A stretch of DNA of 64,000 bases from Chrysomallon squamiferum (taxonomy: Eukaryota > Animalia > Mollusca): positions 15,872,001 through 15,936,000 of the forward strand of contig CM022677.1 in the NCBI GenBank assembly GCA_012295275.1, given 5' to 3'. Both the position numbers and the translations under genes were made by a program. Under the pieces are notes generated by a model. That model had not been told where the DNA came from and did not search any database. It saw nothing but the letters and a program-made list of their open reading frames with translations. Numbering within the stretch: the first letter of the stretch is position 1; each line of letters begins with the position of its first letter. Below, one piece after another: positions 53,791-64,000 of the stretch.

Positions 53791-55320
53791 ATGTATCAGA
53801 ATTTTCTCACGTTGTTGTTGATGATGGGAGTCGCGAACTCACATCTCTTTTTATCGTCATCACATCTGTATAACGCACTGCACGATGAAAGAGATTTGGC
53901 AATAACTATAAGAAAATTAGCACGTACACTTGCTGATCAAACGAAAAGGAGAAAATTAAATATAATTTCAGATATCATGGAAGAACACAGCTGGAAAGCA
54001 GGAGAAGACCCAGTACGTTATATTTTCAATCCAATTGGTGCGTTCTTATTTGTTAAGCGTTTTACTTTGGACTGGGATCGACAAGTAGCTCCCATTATTT
54101 TGGGAATCAAGACTGAATTATATACACTTAAAATAAACGAGATACGTAAAAATCTTCCTAATTATGAAGACATGCAAGGTGTAGCTACAGCTATGTTTCG
54201 TCTTCAAGACACATACAAATTAAATGCAACAAGATTGGCAGAGGGTTTTATTAATGAACGATATATACATGCTTTATCTTCAGAAGACTGTTATCATCTA
54301 GGCCTGCTAGCCTACAATTTAACAGAGTATCGATATTTGTATATTTGGATGGAAATAGCTCTTAATAAAGAAAGAACTGAAAAAATTCAAAATGTTTCTC
54401 GGTTAGAACTTCTTGAATATGCAATATACGGTAGAGAAATGGAAGGAGACATAAAAGTAGCCTTGAAACTTACAAATGAACAGTTATATTTAGATCCTTA
54501 TCTCCAGAAAGCAGTTGTGAGAAAGAAATATTATACAAATTTTCTAAAATATCGGAATCAAATCAGTGTCGAAAGTGACCCCTATTACCATGATATGAAC
54601 TATAGTTTTCTTTGTCGTGCTAAAGAAGAAATTAAAATTCGAAACAGAGAAAAGCTGAAATGTTATTTCAGTAATAACAAAAACAATCCCTTCCTAGTTT
54701 TGCAGCCAGCGAAAGAGGAGATTCTTCATATTTCACCACTAATAGTTGTCTATCATGATATTGTGCGCGACAGAGAAATTGAGGAAATTAAAACAGTCTC
54801 TAATCCACTTTTAGAAAGAGCAAATATTACCGTTGAGGGTAAAAGCTTCAAATCAGAAAACAGAATTAGCAAGCACGTTTTTCTTTTCAAAACGGAGACA
54901 ACCGCGGATTTGAAAATCCAGAAAAGAGTTGAAGCGATAACCGGTCTGTCGATGAAAAGCTGTGAAATGTTGCAAGTGGCAAACTATGGAATTGGTGGGT
55001 TCTTTGACCTTCATCGGGACTATTCAAGTAATCGTGAAAGTGTTTCGTCCGACGGAAACCGAATTGCCACATTGTTAATCTACATGAGTAATGTAGAAGA
55101 AGGAGGTGCTACAGTTTTCCCCTATCTTGGCGTAAGAATATTTCCTGAAAAAGGTGCAGCAGTCTTTTGGTACAACACATATCGAAACGGGAAACCAGAT
55201 ACGAGGACAAATCATGCGGCATGTCCAGTTCTTATTGGCTCTAAATGGGTATCAACTTACTGGATTCGAGAAAAGGAGCAAGTATTTAGACGGCCATGCT
55301 CCACAAATCCACACGACTAA
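53791..55320 (+). CDS. P4HA: Prolyl 4-hydroxylase alpha subunit-like, intronless, 509 aa
   Basis: Signal peptide, FDLHRD, HAACPVLIGSKW and terminal RPC. Confidence 0.95.
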   Translation: MYQNFLTLLLMMGVANSHLFLSSSHLYNALHDERDLAITIRKLARTLADQTKRRKLNIISDIMEEHSWKAGEDPVRYIFNPIGAFLFVKRFTLDWDRQVAPIILGIKTELYTLKINEIRKNLPNYEDMQGVATAMFRLQDTYKLNATRLAEGFINERYIHALSSEDCYHLGLLAYNLTEYRYLYIWMEIALNKERTEKIQNVSRLELLEYAIYGREMEGDIKVALKLTNEQLYLDPYLQKAVVRKKYYTNFLKYRNQISVESDPYYHDMNYSFLCRAKEEIKIRNREKLKCYFSNNKNNPFLVLQPAKEEILHISPLIVVYHDIVRDREIEEIKTVSNPLLERANITVEGKSFKSENRISKHVFLFKTETTADLKIQKRVEAITGLSMKSCEMLQVANYGIGGFFDLHRDYSSNRESVSSDGNRIATLLIYMSNVEEGGATVFPYLGVRIFPEKGAAVFWYNTYRNGKPDTRTNHAACPVLIGSKWVSTYWIREKEQVFRRPCSTNPHD

Positions 55321-55573
55321 CAGAAGTAGCTTTAACTACGAATACTTGTCGGAAACTTATTATTTTTAAGTGTAAGTGATGGATTGAAGTAAAGCACAGA
55401 TGAGAATATCTTATTAGTCTAACCATGCATAAACACCATGTTAATTACAATTAAGTTATCTGCCAAATTTCTCCTGTATACTGGACAGAGATACTGAGGC
55501 ATTTATCCACATTCCAAAATCATGTAAAATCCTGAAGATCGATCTTAGTTATTTTCACACTATTATTAAAAAA

Positions 55574-55636
<63 letters not shown>

Positions 55637-57229
55637 ATGAATAAATAAGTAGAAATACTATTCATATGAGGTAAGAGTTTTTTTCTTTCACATTTGATAT
55701 GAGATGCAGATCACATCAAAAGTAGGTAAGATACAAGTCTGGTATAATTACTTTTTTATCCTGTGAAATTCAAGGAGAAAATGTGAGACTTTCTTTTATT
55801 AAAATGCAGTTCCACTATGCCATTGCTGTTGGTATCTATTAGAAATATAAAAAAAGAAGAAAAAAGTTAATTTCTGAATTTCAGACAAAGCAATTTCAAA
55901 CTAGTAATATATTTAATTATTTAATTAATTAATGTATTGATTGTTTTGCTTTTTTTTTTTGCATTTTTCTGATGTACACACTGATATTAAGTTCATATCT
56001 AAACATAAATATGTATTCCTTTATAAGATCAATTTAACACAAACCACACACACATACATAGATAAACAAAATAAAATGAATAAAAAAAAAAGAAAAAAAA
56101 AAATAAAAAGTAAAACAAGAACGAAGACAACTAAACTAGGATCAGTTATGGAAATATGGGTATACAATGGAAGACTAACAATCTGCATTTTCATATTATT
56201 TTCCGCAGTAAGAAATTATACATTTTTACAATAAGACTGAATCAGGGGAAGAAATAGATGAATCAATATTGTCTCCTTTGTCTGTGAGTAACAAACTCAT
56301 AGACTACAGTTTACCCTTCTTTCTGAAACTCATGTCCATCACTGATTTTTATTAAACAATAAATAAACTCTTGGCACCGAATATGTTTTAGAACTTCTAC
56401 CTGAAACATGTTCTATTTATAATATAATTATATGTAGTTTTTCTTAGAGCTGTGGTACCTAACTCTTGTAGAAATACTACTACTATTACTACTACTACTG
56501 CTACTACTATTACTACTAACAGTAATAATAAATAAATAAATTAATAAAATAAAATAATAATAAACAGACAAAAACTAAAAATAAATACGAATAACTTAAC
56601 TAACTAATGATTGATAATGAAAATACAAATTAGTAAAACACTGGAGTAATGCCTCTAATCTGTTGTCGCTGCCAAATGTGTGCTTAACAAAGCTCTGCGA
56701 AAATTTCAAATTATTCCTCAGTGACCTCCTTGTTCATCAAACGGAACCGTTGTCATGTTCAACCGTCTGTTTGTCGCTTACCAAGCCAGGACTTCAACTT
56801 GCAAATCAATCGCCGAACCCCGTGTATATAAAACTATTGCGGACGTTGGTGAAAACAGCGGATCGAAGCTCTGTCCGCTTGCCAGTTTATTTACTGATTA
56901 CAGTTATGAATACATGTTTATTTAATAGGTTTCATTATTTTATCTTTTCTGTAATTTATATACAGAAAACAAATGAACCTAATGAAACACAGTTTCATAG
57001 ATGACCGGGTTGTCTGTTAAAGAAAGACGAGATTCACTATCTTCGCCACACATAAAAACAGAAAATCGTTTTTTTCCGTGATTGCGGATAACACGCCGTA
57101 TTACCAGGGACATCACGTACTTAAAATAGTAATGTTAACCTCAGTATTGCTGTTATGACTACAGCTATGAATATTCATTATTATTTTTACTTCTGTGGAA
57201 TTGGAGGTGTTCTGATTTTCAATGGTCCC

Positions 57230-57277
<48 letters not shown>

Positions 57278-57780
57278 ATTTCTTCTAACTCTATCAATGA
57301 CACATAAACAAAAATTAAGTTCCATATTCACATTACACATTCAGTCGTTCAATAATTTAAACAAGTAACATTCTTTTAAAAACTATATTGTAAGTCAAAA
57401 GTAGACTGAAATAATATGAAACTAAAACTTTAGAACAGACAAAAAGGTAACTTAATAACCATTGTACACGAATAAAGAAACAATACAGACATATATATCG
57501 ATTCATCTCAAATATTATTGCTTTTTTATATACATATTTTATTATTCTTAATTTTTTTACTTTTCTTAATTACGTTATTATGTACCAGGTTTCTCAGCAA
57601 TAAAATTCATTTCAAAGTAATAATTTGATCCTAACTTATGTTAGTTGAAACACAAATCTTTGAGATCACATCTAAAATATGACTTGCTTCATTTACTCAT
57701 TAAGAACACTTCCTTTAAGTATTCTGCTCTGACAAGTATCATAACAGTTCACCAAAATAATTATATTCTAAAGAAGAGAG

Positions 57781-59310
57781 ATGTATCACAACTTCCTGAC
57801 GTTGTTGTTGATGATGCCAGTCGCGAACTCACATCTCTTTCTGTCGACATCACATGTGTATAACGCACTACACGCTGAAAGAGATTTGGCAATAACTATA
57901 AAAAAACTAACAAGTACATTTGCTGAAGGAAAGAAATGGAGAAATCTAAACATAATTTCAGATAACATCGAAGAACACAGTTGGAAGGCGAGAGAAGACC
58001 CAGTACGTTATATTTTCAATCCAATCGGTGCGTTTTTATTTGTTAAACGTTTTGCTATAAACTGGAATCGCCAAGTGACACCTCTGCTTATGGGAAAAGC
58101 GCCTAAATCATTTATACTTAAAATAAACGAGATACGCGATAATCTTCCTCATTACGAAGACTTAGAAGGTGTAGCTGCAGCTATGTTTCGCATTCAGGAG
58201 ACATACAAATTAAACGCGACAAGATTGGCAGAGGGTTTTATTAATGAAAGATATATACATGTTTTATCTTCAGAAGACTGTTATCATCTAGGCCTGCTAG
58301 CCTACAATTTAACAGACTATCGATATTTATATATTTGGATGGAAATAGCCCTTAACAAACAAAGAACTGAAAAGAGTCAAAGTGTGTCTCGGTTAGAACT
58401 TCTTGATTACGCAATATACGGTAGAGAAATGGAAGGAGACATAAAGGAAGCCTTGAAACTTATAGACGAACAATTAAATTTAGATCCTTATCTCCAGAAA
58501 GCAGTCAACAGAAAGAAAAATTATACAAAATTATTACAAAATAAAAAACGAAGAAATGTTAAAGAAAGCGACTCTCTGGAAAATATGCTTTACGCTTCTT
58601 TATGTCGGGGTAAAGAAGAAATCATAATTCTAAATAAGCACAATTTGAAATGTTACTACAATAATAATAACAATCATGCGTTCCTAGTTCTGCAGCCCGC
58701 GAAAGAGGAGATTCTTCATATTTCACCAACCATAATCGTCTACCATGATGTTGTGAGCGACAAAGAAATTGAGGAAATTATATCTGTTTCTAGGTTACGT
58801 TTAAGAAGATCACGGATCATTGTTGATGGTAAAGTGATCAATTCTACGTATAGAATTAGCAAACATATATTTCTGTTACCAAATGAGACAAATGCAGATT
58901 TGAAAATCCAGAAAAGAGTTGAAGCAATCACAGGTCTGTCCATGAGATACTCCGAATATCTGCAAGTGGCAAACTATGGAATAGGAGGGTATTACGAACT
59001 TCATACTGACTACATTGAAGATATTAAAAGTACTTCGACTGTTGGAAACCGAATTGCCACGTGGTTAATCTATCTGAGTAAAGTAGAAGCAGGTGGTGCA
59101 ACAGTTTTCCCCTATCTTGGCGTAAGAATATTACCTGAAAAAGGTGCAGCAGTGTTTTGGTATAATTTACATCGCAGAGGTGAACCAAACCCCGAGACAG
59201 TACATGCATCTTGTCCAGTTCTTCTTGGCTCTAAATGGGTGTCAACTTACTGGATTCTAGAAACCGGGCAGGTATTTAGACGGCCATGTTCCACAGATTC
59301 AGACGAGTAG
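57781..59310 (+). CDS. P4HA: Prolyl 4-hydroxylase alpha subunit-like, intronless, 509 aa (most divergent copy)
   Basis: Signal peptide, YELHTD, HASCPVLLGSKW and terminal RPC. Confidence 0.95.
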   Translation: MYHNFLTLLLMMPVANSHLFLSTSHVYNALHAERDLAITIKKLTSTFAEGKKWRNLNIISDNIEEHSWKAREDPVRYIFNPIGAFLFVKRFAINWNRQVTPLLMGKAPKSFILKINEIRDNLPHYEDLEGVAAAMFRIQETYKLNATRLAEGFINERYIHVLSSEDCYHLGLLAYNLTDYRYLYIWMEIALNKQRTEKSQSVSRLELLDYAIYGREMEGDIKEALKLIDEQLNLDPYLQKAVNRKKNYTKLLQNKKRRNVKESDSLENMLYASLCRGKEEIIILNKHNLKCYYNNNNNHAFLVLQPAKEEILHISPTIIVYHDVVSDKEIEEIISVSRLRLRRSRIIVDGKVINSTYRISKHIFLLPNETNADLKIQKRVEAITGLSMRYSEYLQVANYGIGGYYELHTDYIEDIKSTSTVGNRIATWLIYLSKVEAGGATVFPYLGVRILPEKGAAVFWYNLHRRGEPNPETVHASCPVLLGSKWVSTYWILETGQVFRRPCSTDSDE

Positions 59311-59871
59311 AAGATGAAATTTTAACAACTAAAATATGTGGCAACCTATTTATTTCGTTTTTAATGTAGATAACGCTTATTGCAGCTTATTGTAGATTAG
59401 GATTTACTTTGCATTTAAAATGTATATGACACATTTGGAATGTTAGGAATAGAGATTTTTTTCATTTATAATCACAAACATTAGTGGTTCAAAAACTTGA
59501 TTTTTGAGGGTCCGAACATAATTTTAAAGATAGTGATTTTAAAACAGCACAGAAAAAGCCAAGACACCCAAACTTAGATTTTAGATTTTAGTGCTCAGCT
59601 ATGAATTCTTTCCTTTATTTTTCCACATTATTATTGTTAATTTTTCCTTTCTTAATTACGTTACCACTGTGCCAGCTTTCTCAGCAATAAAATTTACTTT
59701 AAACTGTTATTTTTGTCGTCACTTACGTCAGTTCAAATAAAACTCTTTGACAACACATCTGGAAAAACAGCTTGTTTTATTGCTTCATTACATTCACTTT
59801 CTTTAAGTATTTCTCTGCTCTGAAAAGCCTCTCAAAGTTAACCAAAACAACTGTTTTCTAACAGAAGAGAC

Positions 59872-61398
59872 ATGTATCAGAATTTTCTCACGTTGTTGTT
59901 GATGATGCCAGTCGCGAACTCACATCTCTTTTTGTCGACATCACATCTGTATAATGCACTACACGATGAAAGAGATTTGGCAATAACTATAAGGAAATTA
60001 GCACGTATAACTGCTGAAGAAAAGAAATGGAGGAAATTAAATACAATTTCAGATACCATGGAAGAACACAGCTGGAAGGCAAAAGAAGACCCCATACGTT
60101 ATATCTTCAATCCAGTTGGTGCGTTTTTGTTTGTTAAATATTTTACTTTGGACTGGGATCGACAAGTAGCAAAAGTAATGTTAGGAATCAAGTCTGAATT
60201 ATATACATTTAAAATAAACGAGATACGCAAAAGACTTCCTAACTACGAAGACTTGAAAGGGGTAGCTGCAGCTCTGTTTCGTCTTCAAGAAACTTACAAA
60301 TTAAATGCGACAAGATTGGCAGAGGGTTTTATTAATGAACGATATATACATGCTTTATCTTCAGACGACTGTTACCATCTAGGCCGGCTAGCCTACAATT
60401 TAACAGAGTATCGCTATTTGTATATTTGGATGGAAATTGCCCTTTATAAAGAAAGAACTGAACATATTCCAAATGTTTCTCGGTTAGAGCTTCTTGAATA
60501 TGCAATATACGGTAGAGACATGGAAGGAGACATAGAAGAAGCGTTGAAACTTACAAATGAACAATTATATTTAGATCCGTTTCTCCAGAAAGCACTCGAC
60601 AGGAGGATAAAATATATGGATCTTCTAAGCGGTAAAAAGGAAACAAATATCGAAAAAGGCTGCTCTGAAGAAGATATGATTTACACTTCTCTTTGTCGTG
60701 GAAATGAAAAAATTAAAATTCGAAATAAACACAGGTTGAAATGTTACTACAATAATAAGAACCATCCACTGCTGATTTTACAACCAGCGAAAGAGGAGAT
60801 TCTTCATATGTCTCCAACAATAATTATCTATCACGATACTGTCAGCGGCAGGGAAATTGAGGAAATTAAATCAGTCTCTAATCCACGTTTAGAACGAGGT
60901 CATGTTATTGTTGATGGGGAAAGGTTCGTCGCGGATTTCAGAATCAGCAAAAATGCCTTTCTGTTTTCATCTGAGACAACCGCCGATTTGAAAATCCAGA
61001 AAAGAGTTGAAGCGATCACAGGTCTATTGATGGAAGACTCTGAAATATTGCAGGTGGCAAACTATGGAATAGGCGGTTACTATGAAATTCACAGGGACTA
61101 CATAGATGACCCTAAAGGAATTGCACTCTACGGAAACAGAATTGCCACTTGGTTAATCTACATGAGTAACGTAGAAGAAGGAGGTGCAACAGTTTTCCCC
61201 TATCTTGGTCTAAGAATATTACCTGAAAAAGGTGCAGCAGTCTTTTGGTATAATTTATATCGTAATGGCAAACCACACACCAAAACAAGACATGCGGCTT
61301 GTCCAGTTCTTGTGGGTTCAAAATGGGTATTAACTTATTGGATTCGAGAGAAGGGACAAATATTTAGACGGCCATGCTCTATAAATTCCTACGAGTAG
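59872..61398 (+). CDS. P4HA: Prolyl 4-hydroxylase alpha subunit-like, intronless, 508 aa
   Basis: Signal peptide, YEIHRD, HAACPVLVGSKW and terminal RPC. Confidence 0.95.
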   Translation: MYQNFLTLLLMMPVANSHLFLSTSHLYNALHDERDLAITIRKLARITAEEKKWRKLNTISDTMEEHSWKAKEDPIRYIFNPVGAFLFVKYFTLDWDRQVAKVMLGIKSELYTFKINEIRKRLPNYEDLKGVAAALFRLQETYKLNATRLAEGFINERYIHALSSDDCYHLGRLAYNLTEYRYLYIWMEIALYKERTEHIPNVSRLELLEYAIYGRDMEGDIEEALKLTNEQLYLDPFLQKALDRRIKYMDLLSGKKETNIEKGCSEEDMIYTSLCRGNEKIKIRNKHRLKCYYNNKNHPLLILQPAKEEILHMSPTIIIYHDTVSGREIEEIKSVSNPRLERGHVIVDGERFVADFRISKNAFLFSSETTADLKIQKRVEAITGLLMEDSEILQVANYGIGGYYEIHRDYIDDPKGIALYGNRIATWLIYMSNVEEGGATVFPYLGLRILPEKGAAVFWYNLYRNGKPHTKTRHAACPVLVGSKWVLTYWIREKGQIFRRPCSINSYE

Positions 61399-61842
61399 GA
61401 GATGAACGTTTTATTACGAAAAGTGGCGGTAGCATGCCCTTTCTGCATCGTCATGGTGAACATTAATAAATGTTATTTTCTAGTTAAATTTTCTTTGGTT
61501 GCTTCAGAAAAGAAAGACTATCGAAGTGGTGCTTTGTCTGTTTAGTAAGGTACTTTGTTGTGTAAAACGTAGGCGGTATGGGATTAATGTGACAAGAAAT
61601 GATTTACTGTGAGACATGGATCTAGACTATTAGCAGAAATAATTGTTCATAACTATCTGAATCGTTTAATTTATAAATAGAGTGGTTGGATTTAAAAGCA
61701 GTATTCAGCATTAGGTTCTGGATACTTTTTAAAGTTTTGTTGCTGTTTTCCTCGTGTAACCAATATTTGAATATGAGCAGACAAAGTGATTGTATTTTCA
61801 GCATGTCTTTTTACGAAGCATTTCAATAATAATAATAATAAC

Positions 61843-61900
<58 letters not shown>

Positions 61901-61994
61901 TAGTAGTAGTAGTAGTAGTGTTAGTAGTAGTAGTAGTAGTAGCAGTAGTAGTAATAGTAGTAATAATGATAATGATAATAGTGATAATAATAAC

Positions 61995-62072
<78 letters not shown>

Positions 62073-62543
62073 ACGGAGAAGAAAGACTATCTGTAACAAA
62101 CTGTAAATGGAGTTCCATGATGATTTTCAGCACCGCTAAATAGCAAGATTAATTAACTTATTCTTGTGACAGATGTTTGCATAATATAACATTTATATTA
62201 AATATTATTTTAGTCGGAATAATTTTAATTTGAAGAAAACTGATACTTTAAAACAATAGAAATAAAGTTTTTGTTTCATTAAATAAATTATATTTAAGCA
62301 AGCTTCATTGAAATTTATATATATATATATATATATTTTTTTTTTTTTTGAATTATTATTATTTTATTTTTTTATTTTATTTTTTTTTTTATTTTATTAT
62401 TATTATTATTTTTATAATAATTATATTCTGGGATAAACTAAGTTGACAACAGTGTAAAACATTAAACTAACGGACATTAATTCCTATTGATTCTCTGCTC
62501 AGAGAGAAACTAAGAAGAAAAAAAAAAAAAAAAATAAATAAAA

Positions 62544-62585
<42 letters not shown>

Positions 62586-63363
62586 CACAAAACAAACAAA
62601 GCAAAGAAGAACAACAAAAGAAACAAATTGAAGACAACAACGTCTTATATCTGTAATAACCTTTGTTTAGAAGAGCACCAGCTAACCTGTATTTCTGGGG
62701 CCGTGAAGACTGAGCAATTATGGGGTAACTACTCTTATCATTTCATATTGCAGTTCCATGAGAGCATTTAAAAATTTAGACAATTCTGAGGTTTTGATTA
62801 AAATTTGGGTGAAAAATGGAGCAAAGTCGCTTATGGGACTCGTCTGGGATTTGGGGCCTGGAAACGTAAGTTTCATTAGTTTCATAATAGATATGTCCCT
62901 GACTCCTGGTTCTCGTGGTTATTTGTTTCTGTCAAGAAAGAACCAGTGTCTGTTCCTGTATTTGTTACAGTTCCGAAAGTAAAGACGTCGGTTAGTTCTT
63001 AGTATTGCTATTGTATGATGCTTTATGAACTTTCATATTATTTGACAGTTTATTTACTTTTCATCTGTCATACTGAAGTTTAAAAGAAATAAACATCTAC
63101 ATTTAAGAAAGAAGTATACAAAAAAAGTAAAAAGAAAAAGAAAAAAGAAACGGACTCTTTTCGTACTTTAAGCTTAAAATACACAATGCACTGAAAATAA
63201 TTATTGGAACACGAAATATGATGGTACATTTTTTCTTTGTTTCTTTAATCATTTTTCTTTCTTTCTTTCTTTCTTCTTCTTCTTCTTCTTCTTAGTAGTA
63301 GTAGTAGTAGTAGTAGTAGTAATATATCCAGTAAGAGGTCAAGTTTTTGTTCTCCGCACAACG

Positions 63364-63403
<40 letters not shown>

Positions 63404-63431
63404 GAATATTGTTTAATAATTTACTTGACAG

Positions 63432-63492
<61 letters not shown>

Positions 63493-63748
63493 TACAGCAA
63501 CGCACAATTTTAGTGTGTAAGTCAAGAAATTGACACGATAAAACATTTTACTGAATGCAATAAACGTATGGTCCAAAAAATAAAATAAAATAAAAGAAAA
63601 GAAAAGAAAATGTAAAAATAAAATTCCATATTAATATATCTTCTAATATGAAAATTGTTAGTGCTACTACTACTACTACAACTACTATTACAACCACAAC
63701 CACTACAATGTACAGTACCACCATTATTATGATTACTACCAGTACTAC

Positions 63749-63788
<40 letters not shown>

Positions 63789-63860
63789 TATTATTGTTTA
63801 TTTATTTATTTTATTTTCAATTTATTTATTTATTATTATTGTTATTATTATTATTATTAT

Positions 63861-63907
<47 letters not shown>

Positions 63908-64000
63908 TTACTTAATTATAACCATAGCAATAATCATGTTGTGCTCGTAATCTTATGGTGGAAGTTACTTTGGAGGTTTCGTATCAATATCCGGTAAGAA
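61399..64000 (+). repeat. Segmental duplication block B, copy 3 (runs off the window)
   Basis: Matches 32505-35110 and 5630-7750; the window ends at cgtatcaatatccggtaagaa, as at ~7750 and ~35108. Confidence 0.93.

Noticed and set aside
56663-57004. 113-aa ORF in the P4H spacer
   Set aside because: Non-ATG start, no recognisable motif, and not preserved as an ORF in the inverted copy at ~40830-41140.
27988-61398. Horizontal (bacterial or viral) origin of the intronless P4Hs
   Set aside because: They have the full animal alpha-subunit architecture (signal peptide, N-domain, PSB/TPR region, paired Cys) and host-like AT content; microbial and viral P4Hs are typically catalytic domain only.

Overview
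AT-rich, microsatellite-dense animal genomic DNA, probably an invertebrate such as a mollusc (inference from intron style, repeats and a MetaSINE-like relic). It has one 200-N assembly gap. The first main component is a complete minus-strand M13 zinc metallopeptidase (neprilysin/ECE family) gene, reconstructed by hand as 23 coding exons (9304-23036, about 754 aa). It has a type II membrane anchor and intact VNAFY, HEITH and GENIADNGG motifs, and a decayed mariner sits in one intron. The second is an array of intronless prolyl 4-hydroxylase alpha-subunit genes: six intact 508-509 aa copies, two copies sharing a premature stop, and two signal-peptide-only relics. The array was built by ~2.1 kb tandem duplication, a ~7 kb segmental duplication, an inversion and apparent unequal crossover. 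A block linking a P4H 3' end to the neprilysin 3' end recurs three times and leaves a neprilysin pseudo-fragment that lacks the zinc-binding exon. The P4H paralogs are near-identical in their scaffold but hypervariable in the two predicted substrate-binding loops, suggesting a diversified hydroxylase repertoire. Also present: a decayed Topors-like RING gene, a duplicated decayed NLS-bearing ORF, and mini/microsatellites. All alignments and translations were done by eye.
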